The notes beneath the pieces were generated by a model. That model made no database searches. It was given only the letters and a program-made list of their open reading frames with translations, and was not told the DNA's origin. From NCBI GenBank assembly GCA_963662655.2, contig CAXXTU010000002.1, positions 864,001 through 928,000 of the forward strand: DNA of 64,000 nt. The letters are read 5' to 3'. Numbering within the stretch: position 1 is the first letter of the stretch; every line of letters starts with the position of its first letter. This DNA comes from Candidatus Cloacimonadales bacterium (GTDB lineage: Bacteria > Cloacimonadota > Cloacimonadia > Cloacimonadales > JAIOQZ01). This document shows, one piece after another, positions 10,501 through 19,750 of the stretch. Position numbers and translations under genes: made by a program.

Positions 10501-13500
10501 ACTCAGGCTCGCGCCTTCCCCATCCTGAACAACGCCACCCGTAGGCGTATGCAGGATGATATACGTATTGTCCGAGTCGTCGTCCACGCCGATCGCTTCG
10601 GTGAAGACAATGCTGATTGTGTTGTCAACAAGCGCGTTGATTACCGAATCCGGCACGGGGACTCGCTGGCTGACCTGCGGTGCGTTCGAGGCCGTCAGAA
10701 GGAAATCGATGCGGCCCATCAGCGCGTTGCCGGCGATGTCCGCTGCCTTGTAGCGCAGTGAATACCCTCCGGAATTATTCTCGTTGACTTCGATCGGATG
10801 GGTTAGAATCCAGACTGCTGTATCGCCTTCGTAGTGAAGCGTGCCGTCTATCTGGTTCCCCGCTCCGTCATGCAGATGAACATACGACTCAGTGGTGTCG
10901 ATCGTCGATGTGACGTCTTGCATATCGATCCTTACCCACTCGACAGAATGGTTGATGATCATGTTGTCGAAAACCGGCGTCTCCGAATCCTGATTGCAAA
11001 TGGTTGCGTTGGAGACAGTGGGCAATCCGCTGTCGAACACGAAATACGTGGTGTCGCGCGTTACGGAACCGCCGCTTTCGCCCTGGAAATTGTCCTGCAC
11101 CGTCCAGCGCACCTCGTATTCTCCATCGCCGAGCGCACTGTTCGGTGTGAAATCGAAGGAATAATCGTCCTCACCGAGACTGGTGAAGGCTCGCGTCCCG
11201 GCCACATAGGTTCCCGAACTATTCAGCACGAGAATCTGGCTGCCGTTGAAGTGGAGCCCCGCTCCCTCGTAATCGTGGACGATCGCCGAGACGTGGTTGT
11301 CGATCAACTCGTTGACCACCGCGCCGTCCGCGGGACTGAAGCTCATGATATCCGGCGGAATAATCGCACGATACTCGAAGTGAACCGAGTCGGTCGTTGT
11401 GGCGCTGTTGCCGAGGAGGTCCGCGCCTTTCACCCACATATCGATATCGAGCTGCTCGATGTCATCGTTGACGATGTAGTCGTAATAATAGGTACTGGAG
11501 GTAGGATTCTGGCGCGTAGCCACATGCCAGCTAACGGTGTTTCCGTAGAGCGAGAAGCCGAACTTCACCGTGTTCTGATCGACGCCAATCCCGTTGTTGT
11601 CGTTCACGTAAGCTCGCACACGGATCGAGTCCTGGCGGAAAAGCGTGTCCGGCGGCGGGAATAGCGGATCGATGAACGGCGGCGAGGAATCAAGATGCAC
11701 CGTCACCGAGTTGGACGCCTCGCCAAGATTGTAGGCCACGTCCCGCAGTTTTACAAAGATGTGATTCTCACCTTCCTCGAGGTTGACCGGGAACTCGAAG
11801 TACCCGGGATAGTCCGGCGTAGTCTGCACGACACCCTGGTAGACGTCGTTGAGGTAAAGCAGCACTTCCGAGGTGATATCGTTGCTGATGCCGCCCATGG
11901 TGATTGCAGGTGTGTTGACGTATGTTTCACCGCCCAGCAGGAAGATGTCCGCGGGTTCCGGGCCAACGTTGTCCACCACGAGCGGAATATGCATGCTGAC
12001 CACGTCCTCGCTGATGGAGACATCCTGGGCCGTCACTTCGACCTGGTATTCGAGCTGATCGTTGGTGGCAACGGGATCCCCCATATAGTTGAGACCGTTC
12101 CAAAGCGTATAGTTCGATGTGGGCGTGTCCACGGCATCGACCAGGGTCGCCACGACCGTATCGGCCATCACATCCCAGACCTTCACGGTTACGTACCCCC
12201 GCTCGGAAACCTGATACTGGATCACCGCCTGATCGAAGTAGCCGTCCAGGTTTTGCGGCGATATCGTTGCCGGATTGACGGTCGATGTTACCTCGATCGG
12301 ATAGTTGTTCACGAGAAGCTCGCCCGATTCCTCCTGGGCGTGCATCGCCTGGTCGGTTACGATCGCGCGGTAGATGTAACGCCCGTCCGGCATGATATCG
12401 TCATCGATGTCGATGTTTCCCGGAATGGTTACGTTGTACATGAAATTCGGCGAGATCATCGTACCCGGATAAAGCGGGTGTTCCACGTTCTGGAAATCGC
12501 CGTAGTATATGTCGTAAAGGCTGTTCAGGCTGTAAGGACTTCCGCCGCCGTTGAAGATATTGAACGTACAGTTACCTTCCACGATGAAGAGCCGGAGGTA
12601 ATCGTAACCGGTGTAGTTGTCTTCGTTGTCGGATTCATGGTCGTCCGAGCCGACCCCCGAGACGGTTAAATACGGGTAGTTGATGGTCCCGATCTTGAAC
12701 ATCGTCGTTCCGGTCTCGATTTCCACACGGTTGTGCACGCTGGTGCCGTTACCGCCGATGATCAGGTCGTATTTCGCCCCGGGAGATAGCGTTACCATAT
12801 GATTCGGTTCACCGCTGTTGACCCGGACCACGAAGACGTACCCGCCATCGGAGAGTTCATTGAAAACCGAGAGATCTGGCTGAGTAATCGTCAGACCGTC
12901 GCCTTCCTCAACGAAATTGGTTGCGACGTCGTTGGGATACATCGGATCGTTCAGCTCGCGCCACAGGTTTACCCGGATCAGGCCAATGTAACTGACGATC
13001 ACATCATCCACCTGAAAACGGACCTGATGGAAGTCGTTGTAGCCGTCTTCATTCGGAGAGAAGGGATTGGGATAACTTGCGAGAATGTCGATAACTGGAG
13101 GCGCGGTATCCACCTTGATATTGAAATCGCAGATGTATTCCGCGGAGCCGATCAGGATCCCCAGCCCGTAGCTTCCATCCGGAACGATTCCGGGATATGC
13201 GCCGTTGTTCGAGCTACCGTCCCAGTCGAATTCGTTCCAGCCTGCGATTGCCTGGACTTGCGTCTCGAATACGGTTACGTTGCTTTCGTTGAAAATATAA
13301 ATGGTGGTTAGCCCATTACCGCTGACGTAATAGTTAATTGTCGTCTCGTCTTTCTGGCCGTCTCCGTCAGGCGAGAAAGGGTTCGGGATCACTGAAACGT
13401 TGGCGACAGCCGGTGACGGAACGAGGATTTCGACCTCGTGCTCGATCGAAAGGCCGCCGCTGTCTTCCGCGGTGAATGTTATCGTCGCGGTGCCGGCCCA

Positions 13501-14046
13501 GTTTCCTGCCGGAGTAAGTGTCACGACGCCACTAATGATCTCGACATCGATAAAGTTGTCACCGTAATAATCGAAGGTGAGAAAATCTCCATATACAATA
13601 TCATAGTCGTCGAAAACGTAGTTCAGGTTCAGACTCGCGTCCACCGAGTTGTACGCCACCGAGTGGTTGTTCACCGGGTTTTCTACGAACGGTGGATCGT
13701 TCACACCGGAAACCGTTATCGTTACCTGATCCGAAACCGTTTCGCCGTACAAATCCTCGGCGATAAAGGTGATTGTTTCAGAGCCGTTCCAGTTCATTTC
13801 GGGGGTCAGTGCCACCAATCCGTTGGTGATTACGATGGCAATCCTCTGGTTTCCATGATAGGAAAAATCCAGCGGGTCGTTGTTCGCATCGTAGAAAACC
13901 TCGTTGAGATTGATGCTAAGGTCGACGGTATCTTCCTCGAAGCTGAAATCGTCGATTGGATTCGCAACGACCGGCGCTACGTTCTGGGCAAACAGGATTG
14001 TGATGCCGGCCAACGTAAAAAACAGGATGAATAATATACGCTTCAT
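7600..14046 (-). CDS. Giant secreted multi-Ig-domain protein with FlgD-Ig/T9SS-like C-terminal tail
   Basis: Signal peptide; cadherin-like VND.P repeats; PNPFSPxxDG modules; repeated ...A.DxAGN Ig units; ends QNYPNPFNPET...SSGIYF...KMIMLK. Confidence 0.85.
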   Translation of the reverse strand: MKRILFILFFTLAGITILFAQNVAPVVANPIDDFSFEEDTVDLSINLNEVFYDANNDPLDFSYHGNQRIAIVITNGLVALTPEMNWNGSETITFIAEDLYGETVSDQVTITVSGVNDPPFVENPVNNHSVAYNSVDASLNLNYVFDDYDIVYGDFLTFDYYGDNFIDVEIISGVVTLTPAGNWAGTATITFTAEDSGGLSIEHEVEILVPSPAVANVSVIPNPFSPDGDGQKDETTINYYVSGNGLTTIYIFNESNVTVFETQVQAIAGWNEFDWDGSSNNGAYPGIVPDGSYGLGILIGSAEYICDFNIKVDTAPPVIDILASYPNPFSPNEDGYNDFHQVRFQVDDVIVSYIGLIRVNLWRELNDPMYPNDVATNFVEEGDGLTITQPDLSVFNELSDGGYVFVVRVNSGEPNHMVTLSPGAKYDLIIGGNGTSVHNRVEIETGTTMFKIGTINYPYLTVSGVGSDDHESDNEDNYTGYDYLRLFIVEGNCTFNIFNGGGSPYSLNSLYDIYYGDFQNVEHPLYPGTMISPNFMYNVTIPGNIDIDDDIMPDGRYIYRAIVTDQAMHAQEESGELLVNNYPIEVTSTVNPATISPQNLDGYFDQAVIQYQVSERGYVTVKVWDVMADTVVATLVDAVDTPTSNYTLWNGLNYMGDPVATNDQLEYQVEVTAQDVSISEDVVSMHIPLVVDNVGPEPADIFLLGGETYVNTPAITMGGISNDITSEVLLYLNDVYQGVVQTTPDYPGYFEFPVNLEEGENHIFVKLRDVAYNLGEASNSVTVHLDSSPPFIDPLFPPPDTLFRQDSIRVRAYVNDNNGIGVDQNTVKFGFSLYGNTVSWHVATRQNPTSSTYYYDYIVNDDIEQLDIDMWVKGADLLGNSATTTDSVHFEYRAIIPPDIMSFSPADGAVVNELIDNHVSAIVHDYEGAGLHFNGSQILVLNSSGTYVAGTRAFTSLGEDDYSFDFTPNSALGDGEYEVRWTVQDNFQGESGGSVTRDTTYFVFDSGLPTVSNATICNQDSETPVFDNMIINHSVEWVRIDMQDVTSTIDTTESYVHLHDGAGNQIDGTLHYEGDTAVWILTHPIEVNENNSGGYSLRYKAADIAGNALMGRIDFLLTASNAPQVSQRVPVPDSVINALVDNTISIVFTEAIGVDDDSDNTYIILHTPTGGVVQDGEGASLSLDSSQNPLYTLNLTLDSPLAQIGEYNVEYRLENTDGVAFGETYEFSYDNILPEVDNIGLSLEDNTYQYIDGGEEINQPILLIDASVSDNYGIIIDSCMVRIFNDQDELIAGASSQPSSNMVRYIMNSPLKAINKEFYIKATVMDLAGNTYVDSVRFLLNTVQADFYPADLSYQNGNVNHASVEVYELVEEDINANLSYLEVLHPDGNIIGDPSSPSEGSGATLSFSFTDSTTVINLQFQEPLSLTGVDDGNFQVNVYLALDEGEEIPMSYSFVYDSTKPVYSNLQVNSYPVAARGKDEKEEQPAPFSVSINRNKVDFQNKDNPLRGFLRSDYYSGRIDSIMVNFYDATSGLNPAPNLTYLVLQDSDDNLVSGIKRVVSGQYRWILNDPIVPGEDSSANYKIALKATDMAGNSRTYTYEFLFVSDPTPELIDWMPWGMDYTYVNTHEFNPPELEGEFKDYFGIVEDWDKTYIRMYFPSGDSVYSPHGGDLYYEPTDSSMVVRLELDGELHTDGEDDGLYTVSIRAENELGAVYHEYQYMMYDTVVPEPIEVLYRDLNGIYREVTGDSTESSTGITQIQVKYSDLTSGMYYTPNLTKVALFDPNDEIVSGFHSYGPFVDADSLVIWTLRTPLANDGSDDGQYSIHLVATDKAGNMMRQQIPLALHSPVQPLEFTWMLDAVYRVHLNWEEYTPSVTRRDLMSSRRKDVQMKGARELTYYSVKRRLNDGNWKEIAQTTTHDYVDDLLDEPDGTYRYSLAAVYTSGESEQLYSDDIPIKRFAEATITVYESDGETPIDNAYIGVFGEDGLYNMEFNLYTDEEGVVTISGIYMELYRVTIEKDGYESVEASIDVDSDPADFSFTLGQSQTIGSVEPQKTVMYQNYPNPFNPETKVKFGLKHDSSVEILIYNTRGQLVKVLYDDDLKAGFHSIKWDGKDEATKPVSSGIYFCKFRAVSSEETIQDIRKMIMLK

Positions 14047-14076
14047 AGCTTAACTCCCATGTAACATAGGCTCTTA

Positions 14077-15870
14077 TCAGGGGCGAACCTGAATGATTTC
14101 AAGGCTTTCGTTATTAACAAGATAGGCAAAGTTATTGGCGATGGTTACCGCTTTCGCGAGGGTGTCCGTTTCGATGGTCGCGATAATATAGGTTCCCGAC
14201 GGTTCTGTGACATCCACGATGATCATACCGTTCGCGCCGTCGGCGATGTAGGCATAGCCCTGGCTGTAAGCCACGGACATAGCGAAACCGCCCGTATCCA
14301 CGCGATTCCACTGAGCAAGGCTGTTTCTGGAGAGCTCTGTCAAGCCGTTCTGGCCGGAGGCGACAAGCAAGCGATCGTTATACATCGCGAGCGAGCGAGC
14401 TTCACCGATCCCGGTCGCCGTTTCGACAATCTCGGGATTGAACGGATCGGATATATCGATCTTTTTCACACCTTCAGCGCCATCGGCAAGGTAAAGGTAG
14501 TTCTGATAAATCTTCAAGCCGTAGCTGATTCCCAGCGTGTTGAGCTGGCTGATAACCCTTGGGTTGGAAGGTTCGTCGTCGTCGAGGGCGATGACAACGA
14601 GGTTGGCCTGTCCGTCCGCGACAAAGGCGTAGGGTTTGTCGTCGATTGTCGTCATCTCCACGTCGTAGGGGATGTCGATGGTTTCGCAGTAACTCAGGAA
14701 AACAGGGCTGGTGATGGAGCTGATGTCGAAGGTGTTCAGACCTCCGTTGTGATTCGTGGCGTACAGGATATCGTTCTTCGCGAAGACGCTCATGCACCTT
14801 CCCGCGAGGTTAATGGTTCCGACGAGAACAGGATTGGACTCGTTCTGAACGTTGACGATCTGAATGCCGTTATACTCGCTGGCGATGAACGCGTACCCTT
14901 CGTAAACGCAGATGTCGCGCCCACCGATCGCCGTAAGGAGCGATCCCTCTTCGCCGATGTTGAACAGCAGGGAAACTTCATCCGAATACGCGGAAAACAA
15001 TGGTTCCCCACCAACAGAATCGGCGTATGCGCGCACACGATACTCGAGTCTCGCAGCGGGAACGCCCACAAAATCAACGTAGGTGGAATCGGCGGTGGAA
15101 GCGATGAGTTCGTATTCGTCGGTTCCCAGCTTGCGCTCCACGAGGAAACCGGTTTGCTGTTCGCTGTTGACGTTCCACATCAGGCCAACCTGCTCCTGCG
15201 AGTACTGTGTTGCGACAAGGTTCGTCGGCGCCGGGAAGGATGGCAGGACGCTATCGTACAGATACTCGGTGCGGGAAAGACCGGAATACGCATAAATTCG
15301 GTACTCCACCTGGGAAGCGAGTTCGACCGAATCGATATAGGTCGTCGAGTTCTCGGCGAGATGAACGTATTCGACCTTCCAGTAGCCGTCGATTTTCTTG
15401 TCGATCTTGTAACCGGCTTCACCGATGGCGTTGTCTTCCCAGGTAAGTTTGAGCGTTTCCTCACTCGCCTGGGTGATGGAGAGGTCCGTAGGAACCGTTG
15501 CTGGAGAGAACCACGCGATCTGCTGAGAGAATTCCGAATAATTGCTGTCTTCGGTATAGTAGGCTCGAACCTTGTAGCTATAGACTACGTTGGAATTGGT
15601 TTCGATTTCATCGATGAATTCTTCGTCGTTGTCTTCCGTAACGGCGTAGGTCGTGTTCCATTCCGCATCGCCTTCCTTACGGGCAATGATGAACAGAAGA
15701 TCGTCGAAGTTCGAACCATAATCCCATTCCAGACGTATCTTACCTTCGGTAACCTTCTCGATCGAAAGGTCGTCAGGCGCGTCGAGATCGTCTTTGTTCA
15801 CTGTTTCACAGCCTGCGATCATCAAGATGACGGCGAGGCCGATAATCAGCAGAAATGCATGTCCCTTCAT
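14077..15870 (-). CDS. Lipoprotein with FN3 domains and LVIVD-repeat beta-propeller
   Basis: Lipobox MIAGC; three FN3-like units (LxW...YxVRAY); YAYIADGANG-type repeats. Confidence 0.8.
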   Translation of the reverse strand: MKGHAFLLIIGLAVILMIAGCETVNKDDLDAPDDLSIEKVTEGKIRLEWDYGSNFDDLLFIIARKEGDAEWNTTYAVTEDNDEEFIDEIETNSNVVYSYKVRAYYTEDSNYSEFSQQIAWFSPATVPTDLSITQASEETLKLTWEDNAIGEAGYKIDKKIDGYWKVEYVHLAENSTTYIDSVELASQVEYRIYAYSGLSRTEYLYDSVLPSFPAPTNLVATQYSQEQVGLMWNVNSEQQTGFLVERKLGTDEYELIASTADSTYVDFVGVPAARLEYRVRAYADSVGGEPLFSAYSDEVSLLFNIGEEGSLLTAIGGRDICVYEGYAFIASEYNGIQIVNVQNESNPVLVGTINLAGRCMSVFAKNDILYATNHNGGLNTFDISSITSPVFLSYCETIDIPYDVEMTTIDDKPYAFVADGQANLVVIALDDDEPSNPRVISQLNTLGISYGLKIYQNYLYLADGAEGVKKIDISDPFNPEIVETATGIGEARSLAMYNDRLLVASGQNGLTELSRNSLAQWNRVDTGGFAMSVAYSQGYAYIADGANGMIIVDVTEPSGTYIIATIETDTLAKAVTIANNFAYLVNNESLEIIQVRP

Positions 15871-16571
15871 TTTTCCTTCCCTTTTTTCATAGGAATTCGC
15901 AGTTCATATACAACGCCCGATTCGACGTTGTTCACGTCGAGCCGGGCGTTGATTTTCTTCGTATAGTATTTCGCCAGTCTCAGAGAATTGACCGGGTCTT
16001 TTTCGCTGTATTCTTCCGGAATCTCGTCAAGTGTCAGCAACGCCGCTACGGGAATCTGCTTCCCATCGTGGCTGATGCGGACAAGTGCGTCTCGTCCGTC
16101 CAATCCGGATTCGATGTTAATTGTTTTGTCATCGTCACACAAATCCAGTGCGTTTTCGAGAATCTCCACGACCGCATTCTGCAAATAGCATGGAATGGTA
16201 TCGATAATGATGGATTCCTGGAGGTTCAGGACGACATCGAGCCGATGCTTGTATTTCATGTTGGCCCGCATGAAGCTGTTGATCTTATCCAGAAGCTCTT
16301 TCAAGTCCATAACAAGCGGCTCGACGTTGGTATCCTTATCCACCATGAACGCTATGGAGGAGAGGATGTCATTGATGCTGTCGAGCTGTTTCGTGATTTG
16401 ATCAAGGCCCTTCAGGTCAGGCATTTTAAACGAAATCAGTTCAATCCTTCCCGTGATTCCCATGAGAGGGGTGTTCAGATTATGAATCACACCGGAAAGG
16501 ATTTTTCCGTACTTCGCCCATTTCCGTAAGTCTTCCAGTATGGCGCTGGCATCGGCTGTAATTTTGTCCAT
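15867..16571 (-). CDS. Histidine-kinase-like protein with degenerate ATPase domain
   Basis: H-box IHNLNTPL and N-box EILENALD present; G boxes not recognisable. Confidence 0.7.
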   Translation of the reverse strand: MDKITADASAILEDLRKWAKYGKILSGVIHNLNTPLMGITGRIELISFKMPDLKGLDQITKQLDSINDILSSIAFMVDKDTNVEPLVMDLKELLDKINSFMRANMKYKHRLDVVLNLQESIIIDTIPCYLQNAVVEILENALDLCDDDKTINIESGLDGRDALVRISHDGKQIPVAALLTLDEIPEEYSEKDPVNSLRLAKYYTKKINARLDVNNVESGVVYELRIPMKKGKEK

Positions 16572-16584
16572 TCAAACTCCGATA

Positions 16585-17805
16585 TTATTTTCCGTGACTT
16601 TCCATCTCTTCTCGAATTGCTTCAGCAAGGCGCTTGACGCCTTCGATATTCTTTTCGATCGACATGAACGAGAAGTTGATTCTCATGGTGTTCTTGCCTG
16701 ATCCATCGCAGTAGAAGTTCGATCCGACCACGAACGCGACTTTCTTCTTGATCGCTCTCATGAAGAGCTTCTCGGAATCCATCCATTCGGGGAGGGTCAT
16801 AAACAGGAACAGTCCACCTTCGGGACGTGTCCAAGTAACACCTTCGGGCATGTGTTTATCAAACTCTGCTAACATGATATCGCGTTTTTCACGATACATC
16901 TTAATAATTTTCTGGATACGCGGTCCTAAAAGGCCCTTTTCGATATAGCGAGCAGCAACGCGCTGCGTGAATGGCGTGGTGCAGAGGTCAACCGCCTGCT
17001 TGGCCACGATGAACTTGTCCAGTATCTTTTTGTCGGCGATGGTCCAGCCAATGCGAAATCCCGGGCAGAAAATCTTGGAGAAAGTACCGAGGTTGATCAC
17101 CTGACCTTTGTTGTCGAGCGCGTAGAAGGTTTTCAGGTGCTCGCCTTCAAAACGGAGCTCGTGGTATGGGCTGTCTTCGACGATCAGAATATCGTGTTCG
17201 TAAGCCAGTTCCAGGATTTTAATACGGCGGTCTTCCGGCATGGTGACGCCGGCAGGGTTCTGGAAATCCGGAATGGTGTAAATGAACTTCGCGCGTTCGC
17301 CGTTGGCGCGCAGCTCTTCAAGCGCTTCTTTCAGTTTGTCGAAGCGCATTCCGAATTCGTCGTGCTCCACACCCACGAATTTCGCGCCGTAGCTGTTGAA
17401 AGCGCTGAGTCCACCGAGATACGACGGCTTGCCGACGATAACCTTGTCGCCGCGATTGATGAAGATTTTGGCGAGAAGGTCGAGACCCTGCTGAGAAGCA
17501 GTGGTGATCAGAACGTTATCGATATCGATATCGAAACCTTCCGCGCGGTAGTTCTTCACGATCTGTTCGCGAAGAAGCTTGTCGCCTTCGGTTGCGCCGT
17601 ATTGCAGGGCAACCTGAGGTTCGTTCTCCATCACCTCGATCATCACGTCCTTCAATTCGCTGATCGGAAATGACTCTGGGGCGGGTAAACCGCCGGCGAA
17701 CGAGATAATCTCCGGGTCCGTTGCGAGCTTAAGAAGTTCGCGAATAGCCGAACGTTTCATTCCACGTGCATTTTCCGATATAACTGCCTCAAAATTCTTG
17801 ATCAT
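16585..17805 (-). CDS. PLP-dependent class I/II aminotransferase (2-aminoadipate/aromatic type)
   Basis: ISFAGGLP, FQNPAG, EDSPY, GTFSKIFCPGFRIGW. Confidence 0.92.
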   Translation of the reverse strand: MIKNFEAVISENARGMKRSAIRELLKLATDPEIISFAGGLPAPESFPISELKDVMIEVMENEPQVALQYGATEGDKLLREQIVKNYRAEGFDIDIDNVLITTASQQGLDLLAKIFINRGDKVIVGKPSYLGGLSAFNSYGAKFVGVEHDEFGMRFDKLKEALEELRANGERAKFIYTIPDFQNPAGVTMPEDRRIKILELAYEHDILIVEDSPYHELRFEGEHLKTFYALDNKGQVINLGTFSKIFCPGFRIGWTIADKKILDKFIVAKQAVDLCTTPFTQRVAARYIEKGLLGPRIQKIIKMYREKRDIMLAEFDKHMPEGVTWTRPEGGLFLFMTLPEWMDSEKLFMRAIKKKVAFVVGSNFYCDGSGKNTMRINFSFMSIEKNIEGVKRLAEAIREEMESHGK

Positions 17806-17857
17806 GATTCCTCCTTTTCGACCATGTCTATGTATTTTGTCATTATAATGCTCTCAT

Positions 17858-19165
17858 TTACAAGTGATCGACGCGATACGCCTCAATCTGCCTCTCGATG
17901 CTGGGAATGAATTCCCGCGGAACCGTGGCCACGATGCGAAAGACGCCTTTTTCCTCGTCGTACGCCTTCTCGTGAACCGTCGCGTTGTCGTACAGGAACG
18001 AAATGATGTTCTGCAACGCCACCGGGACTTCCAGTGTGATCTTTTTCTTTTGCTTTTCGATGAAGTAAAGGATTCGCTCCGTGAGCTCGTCCAGGTTTTC
18101 GTCGAACGCAGCCGAGATGAATACCGCATGCGGATAGATGCCCAGAAGCTTCTTCTTCAGGAAGGCTAGCTGAACCGTCTTGAGCCTGTCCGTTTTGTTG
18201 AACACCATCAGGATATTCTTGCCGTCGACCTTGAGTTCCTTAAGGACGTTCTCCACCGAATGGATGTAATCCATGATCACCGGATTGGAGATATCCACCA
18301 CGTGCATCAGCAAATCGGCTTCGTCAACTTCGATCAGCGTCGAGTGGAACGCTGAAACAAGTGTGTGGGGAAGCTTGTCGATGAAACCGATCGTGTCGGT
18401 CACAATTACGTTTTCGCGCCCTTCCATGAAAAGCGCTCTGGAGGTGGCATCCAGCGTGGCGAAAAGCTTATCCGCCGTGTAGATATCCTCCTTCGTCAAT
18501 CGATTGAACAGCGTGGATTTCCCCGCGTTCGTGTAGCCCACCAGCGATATCGAGAGGTAATCGCTGCGCTTGCTTCGCTTGACGAGCGTCTCCTTCTCGA
18601 TGACCTTGAGCTGGTCCTTCAAGATCGTGATCTTCTTTTTGATTTCCCGGCGGTCGACCTCGATCTGCTTTTCGCCGGGGCCGCGTGTTCCGATACCGCC
18701 CTGAATGCGGGAAAGGTGCTGCCAGAGGTTCCGCAGCTTCGAGTAGTTGTATTCGAGCTGCGCAAGCTCAACCTGGCATTTCGCTTGCTTGGTTCGTGCG
18801 TGGAGCGCGAAGATATCGAGGATCAGCTCAGTGCGGTCCACTACGTTGCAATGCGTCATCTTGGCGATGTTCCTTGCCTGAGCCGGTGTCAGATTGTCGT
18901 TGAAAACCAGCGTTCCCACGCTCTGGCGATCCGCTTCTGCCTTGATCTCCTCGACCTTGCCTTTTCCAATGAAGGTGGCGGGAACCGGTCTGCTCCGACC
19001 CTGAACAAAGGTGTCGACAACTTCCGCTTCGGCCGTGTCGGCAAGCCGGGCCAGCTCCTCCATGGAAAGCGCGTAGGCTTCCTTCGTAGTGGAAGAGGAT
19101 TGCACGCCAATCAGAAAGACGCGCTCTTTTTTCTTTTCAGTATCTAAAAAGTTCGATTCTTTTAT
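17858..19165 (-). CDS. hflX: Ribosome-splitting GTPase HflX
   Basis: IGKGK, QVELAQLEY, GTRGPGE, GYTNAGKST, LFATLD, DTIGF. The frame is open upstream of the GTG at 19105 through KERVFLIGV; the start is uncertain (candidate ATA at 19165). Confidence 0.95.
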   Translation of the reverse strand: MKESNFLDTEKKKERVFLIGVQSSSTTKEAYALSMEELARLADTAEAEVVDTFVQGRSRPVPATFIGKGKVEEIKAEADRQSVGTLVFNDNLTPAQARNIAKMTHCNVVDRTELILDIFALHARTKQAKCQVELAQLEYNYSKLRNLWQHLSRIQGGIGTRGPGEKQIEVDRREIKKKITILKDQLKVIEKETLVKRSKRSDYLSISLVGYTNAGKSTLFNRLTKEDIYTADKLFATLDATSRALFMEGRENVIVTDTIGFIDKLPHTLVSAFHSTLIEVDEADLLMHVVDISNPVIMDYIHSVENVLKELKVDGKNILMVFNKTDRLKTVQLAFLKKKLLGIYPHAVFISAAFDENLDELTERILYFIEKQKKKITLEVPVALQNIISFLYDNATVHEKAYDEEKGVFRIVATVPREFIPSIERQIEAYRVDHL

Positions 19166-19461
19166 TCTTCCTCCGAACTGCTGTAAACCAGCACCTTCTT
19201 GTTTTTCTTTCGCCAGTCGAGATAGGCCTGGCGGATTTCGAGCAACCAGAGCGTCTCCCTGTTTTCATTCTCGAAAGTAACGATATCGAGATGATGGAAC
19301 TTGCCTACCTTCCCCTTGAAGCTTTTCTGAGGGAGCTCGACAACGACCTGGCCGTTTTTGCGTAAAATTGTTATTTCATTGAGAAATACGCCCGGGGCGA
19401 TTTCAACGATTGCCCGAGCTTCAACAGAACCCGAGCTAACATCTCTGAATTTTATATCCAT
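19162..19461 (-). CDS. SpoVG-like nucleic-acid-binding protein
   Basis: EARAIVEI..VFLNEITIL...VVVELPQK...HLDIVTF...EIRQAY follows the SpoVG strand/helix pattern; GAGG before the ATG at 19461. Confidence 0.55.
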   Translation of the reverse strand: MDIKFRDVSSGSVEARAIVEIAPGVFLNEITILRKNGQVVVELPQKSFKGKVGKFHHLDIVTFENENRETLWLLEIRQAYLDWRKKNKKVLVYSSSEEE

Positions 19462-19750
19462 AAAACCTCTCACTTCTTCACGGTTACATGTTCAACACTG
19501 GATTTCACTTTTGTCAAAGGAAATCTGCACAAATGGGATTGACGGTAGTTATTTTAGTAAGTTACGAGCATATTCGGCAGATTTCACAATTGTGTATTCG
19601 CATAGCTATTTTATTTATTCATAATATATTACAAGTATAAGCAAATTTCGTGGATTGCGTTTCTCGATTCAGGATTTTTTTTCTGAAGTTTTATGCAAAT
19701 CGATTTCCATTGCTTCCTGTAATAAATAATGAATATTTCAACGAATAATC

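Noticed and set aside
19480..19750. AT-rich spacer as oriC or dif site
   Set aside because: No DnaA-box cluster or XerC/D consensus was recognised.
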